Shown piece by piece: positions 9,269-21,600 of a DNA stretch of 64,000 nucleotides (positions are counted from its first letter, which is position 1; the number at the start of each line of letters is the position of its first letter). Origin of the DNA: an uncultured Acidimicrobiia bacterium. GTDB taxonomy: Bacteria; Actinomycetota; Acidimicrobiia; Spongiisociales; JAENVV01. The DNA is taken from contig CAVVWO010000002.1 of the NCBI GenBank assembly GCA_963752075.1, positions 131,993-195,992 of the forward strand, in the 5' to 3' direction. Position numbers and translations under genes: made by a program. The notes under the pieces were generated by a model. The model was given only the letters and a program-made list of their open reading frames with translations. It did not search any database and had not been told where the DNA came from.

Positions 9269-10165
9269 TCATTGTGGCAGGAGTGACCTGGCGACACCGT
9301 CGAGGATGTCGTGCTCTGACACGGTGATCTCTCCGAGCCCGAGGGTAGCCATGGTTTGCTCTGCCACGATCGCTCCTCCGAGGATGACGGGAGCACGCTC
9401 GGGATCGAGGGATGGGATGGCGGCTGTCTCCTCGATCGAACGGGTGGCCAGCTCTCGCACCAGCTCGGTGACCGCCTCGAGGTTCAGGCGACTCTGGTGG
9501 ACCTGGCGGCGGTCGTAGACCGGGAGCTGAAGCACCATGGCCACGAGTGAGGTGAAGGTACCGGCGACCCCGATCGCAAGGTCCGGACGTCCGGGGATCG
9601 TGATCGGCTCGAGCGCGGCTCGGACCTCCCGGCGGGCGGCCTCCAGACCGCCCCGGTCGACGGGCCGGGCGCCGAGCAGGCGGTCGGTGAGTCGCACGGA
9701 CCCCATGTCGATGGAGCGGGCGTACTCAGGACGGCTACGGCCGAACACGAACTCGGTGCTCCCTCCCCCGATGTCGATCACGAGCACCGGTCCCGTGTCG
9801 TCACGGTCACTCGTCGCTCCAGCAAAGGAGAGCTCCGCTTCCTCTGAGCCCGAGATCAATTCCGGTCGATGACCGAACACCCTCTCGGCGGCGTCAAAGA
9901 ACTCGTCTCGGTTGGCCGCGTCGCGCGATGCTGAAGTTGCGATGACACGCACCCGAGGCACATCGTCCACGTGCACCCGAAAATCCTCCAGCACCGCGAC
10001 CGTTCGGGCGATGGCCGGCGTGCTCAACCGGCCGGAATCGTCGACGCCTCGCCCCAGGCCGCAGACACGGGCGATTCTGATTTCTTCGATGAGGTCGGAA
10101 CCCTGAACAGAAGCGACGTACAAGCGGGCGGTGTTGGTACCGATGTCGACGGCGGCGACTTTCAC
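9269..10165 (-). CDS. ppx: Ppx/GppA family exopolyphosphatase
   Basis: VKVAAVDIGTNTARL and IDIGGGSTEF phosphate-binding motifs. GTGA overlap with the DUF501 stop. Lies in the canonical actinobacterial eno-ftsB-DUF501-ppx order. Confidence 0.9.
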   Translation of the reverse strand: MKVAAVDIGTNTARLYVASVQGSDLIEEIRIARVCGLGRGVDDSGRLSTPAIARTVAVLEDFRVHVDDVPRVRVIATSASRDAANRDEFFDAAERVFGHRPELISGSEEAELSFAGATSDRDDTGPVLVIDIGGGSTEFVFGRSRPEYARSIDMGSVRLTDRLLGARPVDRGGLEAARREVRAALEPITIPGRPDLAIGVAGTFTSLVAMVLQLPVYDRRQVHQSRLNLEAVTELVRELATRSIEETAAIPSLDPERAPVILGGAIVAEQTMATLGLGEITVSEHDILDGVARSLLPQ

Positions 10166-10686
10166 TTGGGTTCCGACCACCTTTGACTCCGAACGGCGCC
10201 ACCCTCGCCGTCCTCGATCACGCAAGCCGTCTCACAGTCGAGCGGTTGGATCCACGCCGCCACGAGTTCTCCGATCGGGTTGTCGTTGCCCGCCGCGGTA
10301 TCCGCATAGTGGGCGTGAAGGCACTTCGCCCCGCGCTCGATCCCCGCAACCCCTCCGGTGGGCCGGTGCACCGCGTCGGGGGGGATGGCATCTCCGCGCT
10401 CGGCGGCATACCGCTCATGCGACGCAGCCATCCGAGCGGCGAATGCCGGATCCGCTCCGATCCTACGATCCATGGCTTTGACCCCGCCGGCCGCCTCCAG
10501 GCGCCCTATGCGACGCCGAGCAAGCGGACACGTGAGCCACCACCGGGTCGGGAACGGTGTGCCGTCGTCGAGGATCGGAGGCACCTTGGTCACCACCGGC
10601 AGACCCAGGTGGCAGCGAACGGCCACGTCGGCCGGCGCTCGGGGCGGACGCTCGATCTGGACCTCGACCACCTGGTCGTCAGTCAC
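10162..10686 (-). CDS. DUF501 domain protein
   Basis: Called from its position between ftsB and ppx and from motifs recalled from memory (TRWWLTCP, KCLHAHYA). Start at GTG 10686 is tentative. Confidence 0.75.
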   Translation of the reverse strand: MTDDQVVEVQIERPPRAPADVAVRCHLGLPVVTKVPPILDDGTPFPTRWWLTCPLARRRIGRLEAAGGVKAMDRRIGADPAFAARMAASHERYAAERGDAIPPDAVHRPTGGVAGIERGAKCLHAHYADTAAGNDNPIGELVAAWIQPLDCETACVIEDGEGGAVRSQRWSEPK

Positions 10687-10699
10687 CGGCGACCCGCCA

Positions 10700-12432
<1,733 letters not shown>

Positions 12433-13887
12433 TCAACCTACGTCGTTCTTTGTTCCCTGCCAACGGCGTTCGAGTTCATCGAGCGCCACCCCGGACACCT
12501 CACCGATGGCCTCCATCGCCCGAAACCGACGTTCGAACTTTCCCGTGGACCTTCGCAGTGCCACCTCGGGATCCACTTCGACATGCCGGGCGAGATTCAC
12601 CACTGAGAAGAGAATGTCGCCGAGTTCCTCCTCGACTGCATCGACGTCCTGGGACTCGACCGCCTCGGCCAGCTCATCCAGTTCTTCGCGTACTTTGGCG
12701 GCGACCTGCGAGGGCGACAACCAATCGAACCCTGCCTGCGACGCCTTTGCCTGGACCTTTCCAGCTCGGATGAAGCTCGGCACTCCTCTCGGAATGCCAT
12801 CCATGAGCGACCCGGCAGGTTTCTCTGCGGCTTTCACCGCATCCCACACGCGCCGGACCTCTTCAGGAGTCCCGGCCTCGGTGTCACCAAACACGTGGGG
12901 ATGGCGGTGGACCAGCTTCCGGCGAAGCGTCTCTGCCACATCGTCGAGGCGGAGAGCACCAACGGATTCACCCATGACGACGTGGAACAACACCTGCAGG
13001 AGGACGTCACCCAATTCCTCCTCGACCTCGCCATAGGCACCTTCGCCGACCGCCGACTCCGTGGGAGCGTCGGAAGGCAGCGCCGCCAATGCGTCAGCCA
13101 GTTCGTGTGCTTCCTCGATGAGATTGGCGACGATGCTGTGGTGCGTCTGCTCCCGATCCCAGGGGCATTCCTGACGCAGCCGCCGCATGGTGGCGATGGC
13201 GCCAGGAAGACCCCCGGCCTCGCCTTCGATGAACAACGAGGTGCGCAGACCTGCCAGGTTTGGATCGATGTGACGCACCGGCGTCTTGATGATCCTCACG
13301 TCGGGACTTCCGGCGTCGATGACGACCGACACCACGGCATCGTCAGGGAGCACCCTTTCGAGTCGGTCGGCCACATCGGCCATGACCACCGGCAGATCCA
13401 CCTGAGCGATGATCGTGGGGGCGTCCAGCCAGAGCGGGTCGGGAAGATCGCGCCCATCGAGAATCTGGAGACCGCGCAGGAGAGGATCGATCCCGAGGTC
13501 GGCGCACATGGCATCCAGGAACGACGGGGCGCCGCGAATTTCAACGGGGAGCCCGAGTGCCTCGGCCCTCGCCCGAATTCTCGGGACGGTGAACTCGCCG
13601 ACATGGGGGCTCCCGGGTACGGCAAAGATCACCGGGTGGGTCCGCGCAGCCTCCACCACCCGGTCGGCCAGGGCGTCGTAGACGTCTTCGAAGGATGCCG
13701 CTGCTTCGTAGAGGTCATCGCCTGACTCGACAGGTCGGAGTTCGACGAGTTCTGCCACCGAGGGGTGCCGGAGCGTCCTCACCAGCAGGCGCCGGCTCGG
13801 GTCCTCCAGAAGTGCCCGACTCACCGGGTCCACCAGCGTTAGACCAGCGGGCCCGAGGCCGATGATCACGACACCGGGCCCGGTCAC
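12433..13887 (-). CDS. mazG: YabN-type fusion: tetrapyrrole-methylase-like N-domain plus tandem MazG NTP pyrophosphohydrolase domains
   Basis: N-terminal VVIIGLGPAG...AVPGSPHVGE. C-terminal CPWDREQTH, two EExxE-D type MazG cores (EEAHELADA, ELGDVLLQV; EELDELAEA, ELGDILFSV) and HPHVFG. Confidence 0.85.
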   Translation of the reverse strand: MTGPGVVIIGLGPAGLTLVDPVSRALLEDPSRRLLVRTLRHPSVAELVELRPVESGDDLYEAAASFEDVYDALADRVVEAARTHPVIFAVPGSPHVGEFTVPRIRARAEALGLPVEIRGAPSFLDAMCADLGIDPLLRGLQILDGRDLPDPLWLDAPTIIAQVDLPVVMADVADRLERVLPDDAVVSVVIDAGSPDVRIIKTPVRHIDPNLAGLRTSLFIEGEAGGLPGAIATMRRLRQECPWDREQTHHSIVANLIEEAHELADALAALPSDAPTESAVGEGAYGEVEEELGDVLLQVLFHVVMGESVGALRLDDVAETLRRKLVHRHPHVFGDTEAGTPEEVRRVWDAVKAAEKPAGSLMDGIPRGVPSFIRAGKVQAKASQAGFDWLSPSQVAAKVREELDELAEAVESQDVDAVEEELGDILFSVVNLARHVEVDPEVALRRSTGKFERRFRAMEAIGEVSGVALDELERRWQGTKNDVG

Positions 13888-13898
13888 GATGGGGGCGC

Positions 13899-14927
13899 TC
13901 AGGCCGACGGCGGGGTCAGTGTCGGGGGCCCAGCCGGGTCGTCGGGAGTGGTCCAGGTGCCGTACGCCTCGGCGACGGTCACCTCGGCGGCGCGTAGCTT
14001 GGCGACGAACCACTCCGAGAACAAGGTCGATTCGCGTTCCAGCTCGAGGCTGGCGAGGATGTCCGCTCGTACCTCTTCGAGGCTCGGGAAGGGTTCCGGT
14101 TCGGCCGGCGTCTCGGCCACGGCCTCCTCGTCCACCTCACGGGAGTCGACGAGGATGATGTGGAATCCGAACTGCGTCTCGACCGGCCCGGTGGGAACGC
14201 CGACCTCGGCGTCCATGGTGACGTCGGCGAATTCAGTGACGTATTGCGCCGGCGAACCACACCCCAGTTCGCCGCCGGCCGCGCCGGATCCGGTGTCGGT
14301 GGAGAGTTCGACTGCGAGGTCAGCGAAGGCCTCTCCCGCATCGAGCCGGGAGAGAACATCCTGAGCTTCCGGCTCGGTCGGGACGAGAATATGCTTGGTA
14401 CATACGGTCACCCCGGCGTATTTGGCCTGAGCGGCGGCTTGCTCCTCCTGCGCTACCAACTGAGTCTCGTAGTTGGCGAGTTCGGCGTCGTAGACCTCTT
14501 GAATCTCCTCATCGCCGATCTCCGGGAGTTCGGCTGAGAGGGCTTCGATGACCTTGCGGGAGAGTACTTCTTGGCTCGCCAGGAGATCGACGAACTTGTC
14601 CGACAGGCCCAACTCCTCGAGTCGGGCGTCGAGGTCGGTGCCTTGGGCAGCGAGTTCCTCTCGGATGGTTTCCAACTCGGCGGCTAGCTCCTCGTCGGTG
14701 ACCCCAACCCCAAAGTCCTCGTCGGCAGCCTTCGAGGCCACCCTGTCCGAGATGATGTTGTAGAGGTCGTCGGAGAAATCGGTTTCCGCGACGGAAATCG
14801 ATTCGGTTCGGAGGGCGGCCACTTCCTCAACGGTGATATCCACACCGTCGACGGTGGCCGCAATTCCTCCGCCGCAGGCGGAGAGGGTCAGCATCAAGAC
14901 TGCCGATGCAGCGAGTAAGCGTTTCAA
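13899..14927 (-). CDS. secreted lipoprotein peptidyl-prolyl isomerase (parvulin/PrsA-SurA-like)
   Basis: Lipobox LTLSAC 18 residues after a TTG start preceded by GAAGG. Parvulin core TKHILV...ELSTDTGSGAAGGELG...TQFGFHIILV. The ORF is open to 14975. Confidence 0.85.
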   Translation of the reverse strand: MKRLLAASAVLMLTLSACGGGIAATVDGVDITVEEVAALRTESISVAETDFSDDLYNIISDRVASKAADEDFGVGVTDEELAAELETIREELAAQGTDLDARLEELGLSDKFVDLLASQEVLSRKVIEALSAELPEIGDEEIQEVYDAELANYETQLVAQEEQAAAQAKYAGVTVCTKHILVPTEPEAQDVLSRLDAGEAFADLAVELSTDTGSGAAGGELGCGSPAQYVTEFADVTMDAEVGVPTGPVETQFGFHIILVDSREVDEEAVAETPAEPEPFPSLEEVRADILASLELERESTLFSEWFVAKLRAAEVTVAEAYGTWTTPDDPAGPPTLTPPSA

Positions 14928-14987
14928 AGAGATCACCTTCGTCAAAGTCGACCCGAATGCTAGGGCATAACGCACGATGAACAGAAG

Positions 14988-17900
14988 TCAGGAGGCGATC
15001 GGCCACATCGCGCCGAAGAACTGCAGGAGGTGTGTCACCACATCTTCGTCAGCCGGAGCAGGTAGGAAGATGAGCCCCTCGTCGGCTCGGAGCACAGCCC
15101 CCTTGGCAAGTCGTTCCAGGCGAACCTCCTGGGACGGGGCGAGGTCCACGGGACCGATTCTCACTTCGTCACGAAGTTTGACGATTTCGGTGATCCCGAC
15201 CCGAATCGCCTCCGCCCTGAGCCGGGCCATCTCCAGAAGCGCGGCGGCAGCATCGGGGACAGGCCCGTAGCGATCGGCCCACTCGGCGGCCACCTCTTCG
15301 ACCTCCTCGGAAGTGGAAGCGGCCGCCAGGCGCCGGTACGCCTCGATCCGCGCCAGCTGGTCCTCGACATACTCGGACGGTAGGTGGGCGTCGACTGGGA
15401 GGTCGAGCCGGATCTCGGCGACCTCGGGTTCCCGCTGAACGGAGAGGCCCTCCAGCTCCCCGACGGCCTCAGCCACGAGCTGGCAATAGAGATCGAATCC
15501 GACTGAGGCGATTTGGCCCGACTGCACCTCTCCGAGCATGGATCCAGCGCCCCGAATCTCGAGATCCCGCATGGCGAGGTCGAATCCGGAACCGAGGTCT
15601 GCATGCTCGCCGACCGCCTCGAGGCGCCGGTAGGCGGTCTCGGACAGGCTTTGATCGGTGGGATGAAACAAGTATGCATAGGCCCGCTGATCCGAGCGAC
15701 CGACGCGGCCCCTGAGCTGGTACAGCTGAGCAAGACCGAGGAGATCGGCCCGCTCCACGATGAGTGTGTTCACTTGCGGGAGGTCGAGGCCTGATTCGAT
15801 GATGGTGGTGGCCACGAGCACGTCGTACTGGCGGCTCCAGAAATCGAGCATCACCTGCTCGAGCTCACCCTCGCTCATCTGGCCGTGGGCAACCGCGTAA
15901 CGGGCGTTGGGTACGAGGGCACGGAGCCGCGCCACGGCGTGGTCGATCGACTGCACCCGATTGTGCACATAGAACACCTGGCCTTCTCGCAGCATCTCCC
16001 GCCGGATCGCCGCCGACACCGACGACGCATCGTAGGGACCCACGTAGGTGAGAATCGGGTGTCGGTCGCCGGGAGGTGTCCGGATGTGACTCACCTCACG
16101 CACGCCCGTCAACGCCATCTCGAGGGTACGTGGGATAGGCGTGGCAGTGAGGGTCAGCACATCGACTCCCACCTTCAACTCCTTGAGCTTGTCCTTGGCT
16201 CCCACTCCGAATCGTTGTTCCTCGTCAACGACCACGAGTCCGAGGTTCTTGAACTCCACCGAGTCCGACAACACCCGATGGGTGGCGATAACGACGTCGA
16301 CCTCACCCGAGCCAAGTCCCTCGACAACCTTGCGCTGTTCGGCAGTCGTGAGGAATCTCGACAGCATCTCGACCCGGACCGGATAGGGTTCAAAACGCTC
16401 CGAGAACGTCAGATGGTGTTGCTGGGCGAGGAGCGTCGTCGGGCAGAGCACCGCCACCTGCCGACCGTCGGCGACAGCCTTGAACGCCGCCCGGATCGCC
16501 ACCTCCGTCTTCCCGAACCCGACATCACCGAAGACCAGGCGCTCCATCGGCTTGTCGTCTTCCATGTCCCGTTTGACATCTTCGATGGCGGTGAGTTGAT
16601 CGGGGGTCTCCTCGAACGGGAACGCTGACTCCATCTCCCGCTGCCACGGTGAATCGGGGCTGTAGGCGTGCCCACTCGCCGCCGCCCGGCGGCGATGCAG
16701 CGACACCACTTGCTCAGCCACGGCCGCCACCGCCTTTCGCACCTTGCCCTTGGTCCGTTCCCAATCGGCGCCACCCATGCGAGAGACGCGCGGCGCTTCG
16801 CCGCCCTGGTATTTCTTCACCGCGGCCAGCTGGTCGGTTGGCACGTACAGCCTGTCGCTGCCTGCGTAGGCGATGACGAGGTAGTCCCGTTCGACTCCGG
16901 CGATGGTCCGGGTGACGAGGCCCTCGAAATGGCCGATGCCATGCCGGTGGTGAACGACGAAATCACCGGGTACGAGGTCCTGATAGCCGACATCGGTATC
17001 TGCCCGCCGTCGCTCTCTCGCCCGTCGGTGTGATCGGCGACGGCCGGCCAACTGCTGCTCTCCGAACACCGCCACCGACAGCACAGGCAGATGGAATCCG
17101 TGATGAATCCCCGATGCCAGGACAGCGGAGGAAGCACCGTTGAGGCTCTCGCGGCGCGGGAGGTCGACTCCCGACTCGGCAAGGCGAGTGGCCACACGGT
17201 TGGCGGCGTGAACTCCGTCCATGGCGATCGTGACGGACACGCCTCTGCCCAGGAGGTTCGCAATCGCACCGGCGACGGCGTCGGCATCGCCAGGGGGCGC
17301 ATCGAGGCTACGGACCTCGAGGCGTAGATCATTCGGTCCGGCAGGCATCGGAGGAGCCTGCAAGATCGGCCGAGTCCCGACTGCAGCTTCGAGGTCGAGG
17401 TAGAGCGCCGGGTGGTCGCCCGCTTCGGGAGCCCCCTGACCCCAGGTGGGAGCAAGGGCCGCCGCCAACTCGAACTCTTCCTTGATGAGGTCTCGGGATC
17501 GGTCGAGGGCGCGAACGGGGTCGAAGATCACCACCGGCGCCTCGGTGTCGTCGAGGATGGTGCGTTCCCCGGCCAGCCACGGCATCCACGACTCCATCCC
17601 GGAGAACAACACTCCTTCGGCGATCCGATCCCAGGTGGCGGATGCCCACGGATCGGTTTCGAGCAGACGCAGTGCCCGTTGGCGGGTCGCTTCGTCACAG
17701 CGAAACTCGCGGGCGGGGAAGGCCGACACTTCGTCGACGGCATCGTGAGAACGCTGAGTCGACGGCGAAAACACTCGAATCGAATCGATATCATCGCCCC
17801 AGAACTCGACGCGGGCCGGCTCGAGACGGCCGGCCGGGAACAGATCGATGATCCCCCCACGAACGGCGAACTCCCCCCGAGCCTCCACCCTGTCGACCCG

Positions 17901-18368
17901 GTGGTAACCGCGTTCGGCGAGAGCCTCGACTGCCGCCTCGAACTCGACACTCGAGCCGCGGCGGAAGGTCAGTGGGTCCGTGGCCGAGGGCGAGACCCGC
18001 TGGGTGGCAGCCCGAACCGAAGCCACCACCACCAACGGTTCTGCTTGTCGGAGAAGGTGGCGCGCCTCGGCCCGCTGGGCCATCGTGGCCACGTTGGGCG
18101 ACACATGCTCAAAGGGGAGCGTCTCCCAGGCGGGCAGGAACGCAACCCGATCGGTGAACAGTTCCAGATCGTCCGCCAGTTCCTCTGCGTCCCGCTCTCC
18201 AGGCACCACAGCCAGGATCGGTCCGTCGGCGCGAGCGGCCAAGCCCGCCAGGAAGAAAGCGCGGGCAGGCGGTGGGATGACCACGCGATCGTCGGCCGTG
18301 AGTTCCGAGAGAAGGGGCGGGGTCCATCGGTCAACGAGTTGGGAGAGAGGGGCAACCATCGTTGGCAT
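14988..18368 (-). CDS. mfd: transcription-repair coupling factor
   Basis: 1126 aa. CarD-like segment GDFVVHHRHGIGHF, helicase motifs GDVGFGKTEVA and DEEQRFG, and TRG motif QLRGRVGRS. Confidence 0.98.
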   Translation of the reverse strand: MPTMVAPLSQLVDRWTPPLLSELTADDRVVIPPPARAFFLAGLAARADGPILAVVPGERDAEELADDLELFTDRVAFLPAWETLPFEHVSPNVATMAQRAEARHLLRQAEPLVVVASVRAATQRVSPSATDPLTFRRGSSVEFEAAVEALAERGYHRVDRVEARGEFAVRGGIIDLFPAGRLEPARVEFWGDDIDSIRVFSPSTQRSHDAVDEVSAFPAREFRCDEATRQRALRLLETDPWASATWDRIAEGVLFSGMESWMPWLAGERTILDDTEAPVVIFDPVRALDRSRDLIKEEFELAAALAPTWGQGAPEAGDHPALYLDLEAAVGTRPILQAPPMPAGPNDLRLEVRSLDAPPGDADAVAGAIANLLGRGVSVTIAMDGVHAANRVATRLAESGVDLPRRESLNGASSAVLASGIHHGFHLPVLSVAVFGEQQLAGRRRSHRRARERRRADTDVGYQDLVPGDFVVHHRHGIGHFEGLVTRTIAGVERDYLVIAYAGSDRLYVPTDQLAAVKKYQGGEAPRVSRMGGADWERTKGKVRKAVAAVAEQVVSLHRRRAAASGHAYSPDSPWQREMESAFPFEETPDQLTAIEDVKRDMEDDKPMERLVFGDVGFGKTEVAIRAAFKAVADGRQVAVLCPTTLLAQQHHLTFSERFEPYPVRVEMLSRFLTTAEQRKVVEGLGSGEVDVVIATHRVLSDSVEFKNLGLVVVDEEQRFGVGAKDKLKELKVGVDVLTLTATPIPRTLEMALTGVREVSHIRTPPGDRHPILTYVGPYDASSVSAAIRREMLREGQVFYVHNRVQSIDHAVARLRALVPNARYAVAHGQMSEGELEQVMLDFWSRQYDVLVATTIIESGLDLPQVNTLIVERADLLGLAQLYQLRGRVGRSDQRAYAYLFHPTDQSLSETAYRRLEAVGEHADLGSGFDLAMRDLEIRGAGSMLGEVQSGQIASVGFDLYCQLVAEAVGELEGLSVQREPEVAEIRLDLPVDAHLPSEYVEDQLARIEAYRRLAAASTSEEVEEVAAEWADRYGPVPDAAAALLEMARLRAEAIRVGITEIVKLRDEVRIGPVDLAPSQEVRLERLAKGAVLRADEGLIFLPAPADEDVVTHLLQFFGAMWPIAS

Positions 18369-18454
18369 AATCGTAGCGGCGCCTGGCCCACCCCTCGAAG
18401 GCGCCTTGGCGAAGGTCTAGGAGGGCGGCGGACATGGTGAGGACCGCCGGGCGA

Positions 18455-19471
18455 TCATCCGGTGATCGGCCGATCGATGAGCCCCTCGTCGTGCGCCCAG
18501 ACGAGGAGCCGGCGCATCGTCTCGTCGGGGGTGCGGTAGCGGACTCCAAGGTCCCGCTCGGCCCGAGAGCCGTCATAGGAGTGCGAGGCCGTCAGCGTCC
18601 GGATCGCCTCTCGGCAAAGGGGTGGGCCGCCGACGGCTCGACTGATGGGAGCCAGCAGAGGTGCGACGACACGTGCCGTCCGACGCGAAACGTACCGGAC
18701 TCTCAGTGGCTCGCCCAGGAGCTCCTCCAGTACCCCGACTGCGCGTCGGGTCGACATCGTGAACCCGGACAGGATGTACCTTTGGTTCGCCGCCCCCAGT
18801 TGGCCGGCCGCCAGGTGTCCGGCGGCGCAGTCGTCGATGTCGACAACCGAGATCGCGGTGTCGACCAGGGCCGGGAGCCTGCCCCCGACAAGGTCGAGGA
18901 TGAGTTTCCCGGTCCCGGTTGCCCGGCCTGGGCCCTGGACCGAGGCTGGATTGACCACGACAACGTCGCCACCGCCCTCTTCGGTGAGCGCCACCTGCTC
19001 GCTCGCCCATTTCGACTCGGCGTACTTCGAGTCGAACCTCCCGGCCGGTTCGTCGGATTCGACGGTTGGCCGTGCCGACGGACCACCCAAGGCGGTGACC
19101 GACGAGGTGAGGACGACTCGTTCCACTCCCGCCGCCTTCGCCGACCGGACCACCCGACGGGTCCCCTCCACGTTGACCGCCCACAGCCTCTCGGGGTCCC
19201 TTGGGCACAGCTCGTTCACCCCTGCCACATGAAACACGATCCGTCGACCGTAGACCGCGGCCGTCAGAGAGCTTTTCGAGAGCACGTCGCCTTCGATGGC
19301 GACGGCGCCGAGTTCCTCAACCACGGAGGCCGCCTCGGCCGAACGGGCCAAGGCACCGACCTCCGCTCCGGCGGACACCAGGTGTCGCACGACGGCAGAG
19401 CCAACTACTCCCGAACCACCGGTGACGAGCACCGGCTCTCCTTGCCAGAACTGGTCAGGCGGTGCCGGCAT
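18455..19471 (-). CDS. NAD-dependent epimerase/dehydratase family (extended SDR) protein
   Basis: Rossmann motif VLVTGGSGVVGSAVVRHL and YAESK catalytic motif. Overlaps the pgsA 3' end by 17 nt. Confidence 0.75.
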   Translation of the reverse strand: MPAPPDQFWQGEPVLVTGGSGVVGSAVVRHLVSAGAEVGALARSAEAASVVEELGAVAIEGDVLSKSSLTAAVYGRRIVFHVAGVNELCPRDPERLWAVNVEGTRRVVRSAKAAGVERVVLTSSVTALGGPSARPTVESDEPAGRFDSKYAESKWASEQVALTEEGGGDVVVVNPASVQGPGRATGTGKLILDLVGGRLPALVDTAISVVDIDDCAAGHLAAGQLGAANQRYILSGFTMSTRRAVGVLEELLGEPLRVRYVSRRTARVVAPLLAPISRAVGGPPLCREAIRTLTASHSYDGSRAERDLGVRYRTPDETMRRLLVWAHDEGLIDRPITG

Positions 19472-19976
19472 CGACGCGACGAGCCACCTTCCAGAACCGG
19501 GACAGATACTCCCAGCCGGACAGAACGGTGACGATCACCGCCGCCCACATCACATACTCGTCGAAGTAGAGCGGGCCCCACGGCTCAGACAGCCGCACAA
19601 TCGCCAGCCCGAGAGCTGTGAACTGGACCACGGCCTTGAGTTTGCCCCAGATCGAGGGCCGAACCAACTCGCCCTCGAGGGCGGCCATCCCACGCAGGGC
19701 CACCACGACGAATTCCCGAACGATGATGATCAGCGCCGCCCAGATCGAAGCCCGATCGACTCTGATGAGGGCCAGGAAGGTGCCGGTGACCAGCAGCTTG
19801 TCAGCGGTGCTGTCCAGGAACGATCCCATCACCGTGGTCTGATTCCATTTGCGAGCCAGGTACCCGTCGAGGAAGTCCGTGGCTGCCGCGACGAAGAAGA
19901 GGACCGCCGCCCAACCGTAGGCGTGCGATATCCGATCATGGCTGACGATGAGGGCCATGATCACCGGCACCAGCAC
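19455..19976 (-). CDS. pgsA: CDP-alcohol phosphatidyltransferase (PgsA-like); the true N-terminus probably extends to about 20012
   Basis: Motif DFLDGYLARKWNQTTVMGSFLDSTADK. The conserved N-terminal LPDQLATLRI lies upstream of the first canonical start (see findings). Confidence 0.85.
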   Translation of the reverse strand: MLVPVIMALIVSHDRISHAYGWAAVLFFVAAATDFLDGYLARKWNQTTVMGSFLDSTADKLLVTGTFLALIRVDRASIWAALIIIVREFVVVALRGMAALEGELVRPSIWGKLKAVVQFTALGLAIVRLSEPWGPLYFDEYVMWAAVIVTVLSGWEYLSRFWKVARRVDAGTA

Positions 19977-20066
19977 GATTCTCAGCGTGGCGAGCTGATC
20001 AGGTAGTGAGATGCGAGCTCCCTCTTCGTCGGCGCCCGATGTTACCGAGCGAATGGTTCATTCTGT

Positions 20067-21560
20067 TCAGGCCCACCCGAAGGTTCGTTCGACCGCCTTC
20101 TTCCAGCCGGCAAACAGGGTGGTGCGGGTCGATTCTTCCATGGCGGGTTCCCACCGCTGACCCAGCAGCCAGTTGGCAGTGAGTTCATCCAGATTCGACC
20201 AGACCCCCACGGCCAAACCGGCCGCATAAGCGGCTCCCAGGGCGGTGGTTTCGGCAACCTGTGGCCGAATCACCGGAACATCGAGGAGGTCGGCTTGAAA
20301 CTGCATCAGGAGGTCGTTACCCACCATGCCTCCGTCGGCCTTGAGGATGGTCAGTTCGACTCCGGAGTCTTCGGCCATGGCGTCGAGGACCTCCTTGGTT
20401 TGATACGCATTCGCCTCGAGCGCGGCGCGAGCAAGGTGTGCCTTGGTGGCGTATCTCGTGAGGCCGGCGATGACTCCGCGCGCATCGCTCCTCCAGTACG
20501 GGGCAAACAGTCCGGAAAAGGCCGGAACGATATACACCCCTCCGTTGTCGTCAACGGTGGCAGCCAACGTTTCGATCTCGGCTGCCGTGGAGATGATTCC
20601 GAGGTTGTCTCTCAGCCATTGCACCAGCGCCCCGGCGATGGCGATCGATCCCTCGAGGGCGTAGACCGCCGGCTGGTCTCCTAGCTTGTAGCCGATGGTG
20701 GTCAACAAGCCGCTGTGCGAGGGTACGAGCTCGGTCCCGGTGTTCATCAGCAGGAAGCAGCCCGTGCCGTAGGTGTTCTTGGCCTCCCCGGGGGCGAAGC
20801 AGACCTGTCCGAACAGGGCGGCTTGCTGATCACCGAGGATCCCGGCAATCGGGACTCCTTCGAGGATTCCGGTCGCGGTCCCGTACACCTCGGAGCAGGA
20901 CCGGATCTCCGGGAGCACTGCTGCCGGGATGTCCATCGCGTCGAGCAGCTCTTGGTCCCACTCGAGGGTGGAAAGGTCCATGAGCAGGGTGCGACTGGCG
21001 TTGGTCACATCCGTGATGTGCAAACCGCCTTCCACTCCGCCGGTGAGGTTCCAGACCACCCAGCTGTCCATCGTCCCGAAAAGAATCTCGCCCGCTTCGG
21101 CCCGCTCTCTCAACTCGTCGTCACCATCGAGCAACCACTTCACCTTGGGCCCTGCAAAATAGGTGGCGATGGGCAGACCGGTCTTGGCGCGGAAACGATC
21201 AGGGCCGAATTCGCCGGCCAGGTCGACGCACAGATCTGCCGTGCGGACATCCTGCCAGACGATGGCGTTGGCCACGGGCTCTCCGGTGGCTCGATCCCAC
21301 AACATCGTCGTCTCGCGCTGGTTGGTGATCCCGACGGCACTCAGATCGGCCGCGGTCAACCCTCCTGACTCGAGAGCGTCGGCGATGATCGACCACATCT
21401 TGTCGCGGATTTCGAGTGGGTCGTGCTCGACCCACCCAGCCAGAGGGAAGATTTGTTCGTGCTCTTGTTGGGCACTGCAGACGATTCGGCCGTCGTGATC
21501 GAAGACGATGAATCGAGAGCTGGTGGTGCCTTGATCGAATGCTCCGACGTATCGTGCCAT
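20067..21560 (-). CDS. glpK: glycerol kinase
   Basis: [53 protein letters not shown]. Start at the ATG preceding [13 protein letters not shown]. Confidence 0.97.
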   Translation of the reverse strand: MARYVGAFDQGTTSSRFIVFDHDGRIVCSAQQEHEQIFPLAGWVEHDPLEIRDKMWSIIADALESGGLTAADLSAVGITNQRETTMLWDRATGEPVANAIVWQDVRTADLCVDLAGEFGPDRFRAKTGLPIATYFAGPKVKWLLDGDDELRERAEAGEILFGTMDSWVVWNLTGGVEGGLHITDVTNASRTLLMDLSTLEWDQELLDAMDIPAAVLPEIRSCSEVYGTATGILEGVPIAGILGDQQAALFGQVCFAPGEAKNTYGTGCFLLMNTGTELVPSHSGLLTTIGYKLGDQPAVYALEGSIAIAGALVQWLRDNLGIISTAAEIETLAATVDDNGGVYIVPAFSGLFAPYWRSDARGVIAGLTRYATKAHLARAALEANAYQTKEVLDAMAEDSGVELTILKADGGMVGNDLLMQFQADLLDVPVIRPQVAETTALGAAYAAGLAVGVWSNLDELTANWLLGQRWEPAMEESTRTTLFAGWKKAVERTFGWA

Positions 21561-21600
21561 GGGCGACAGCCTACCCATCGGGCGAAGCGCACAAGCTCCG

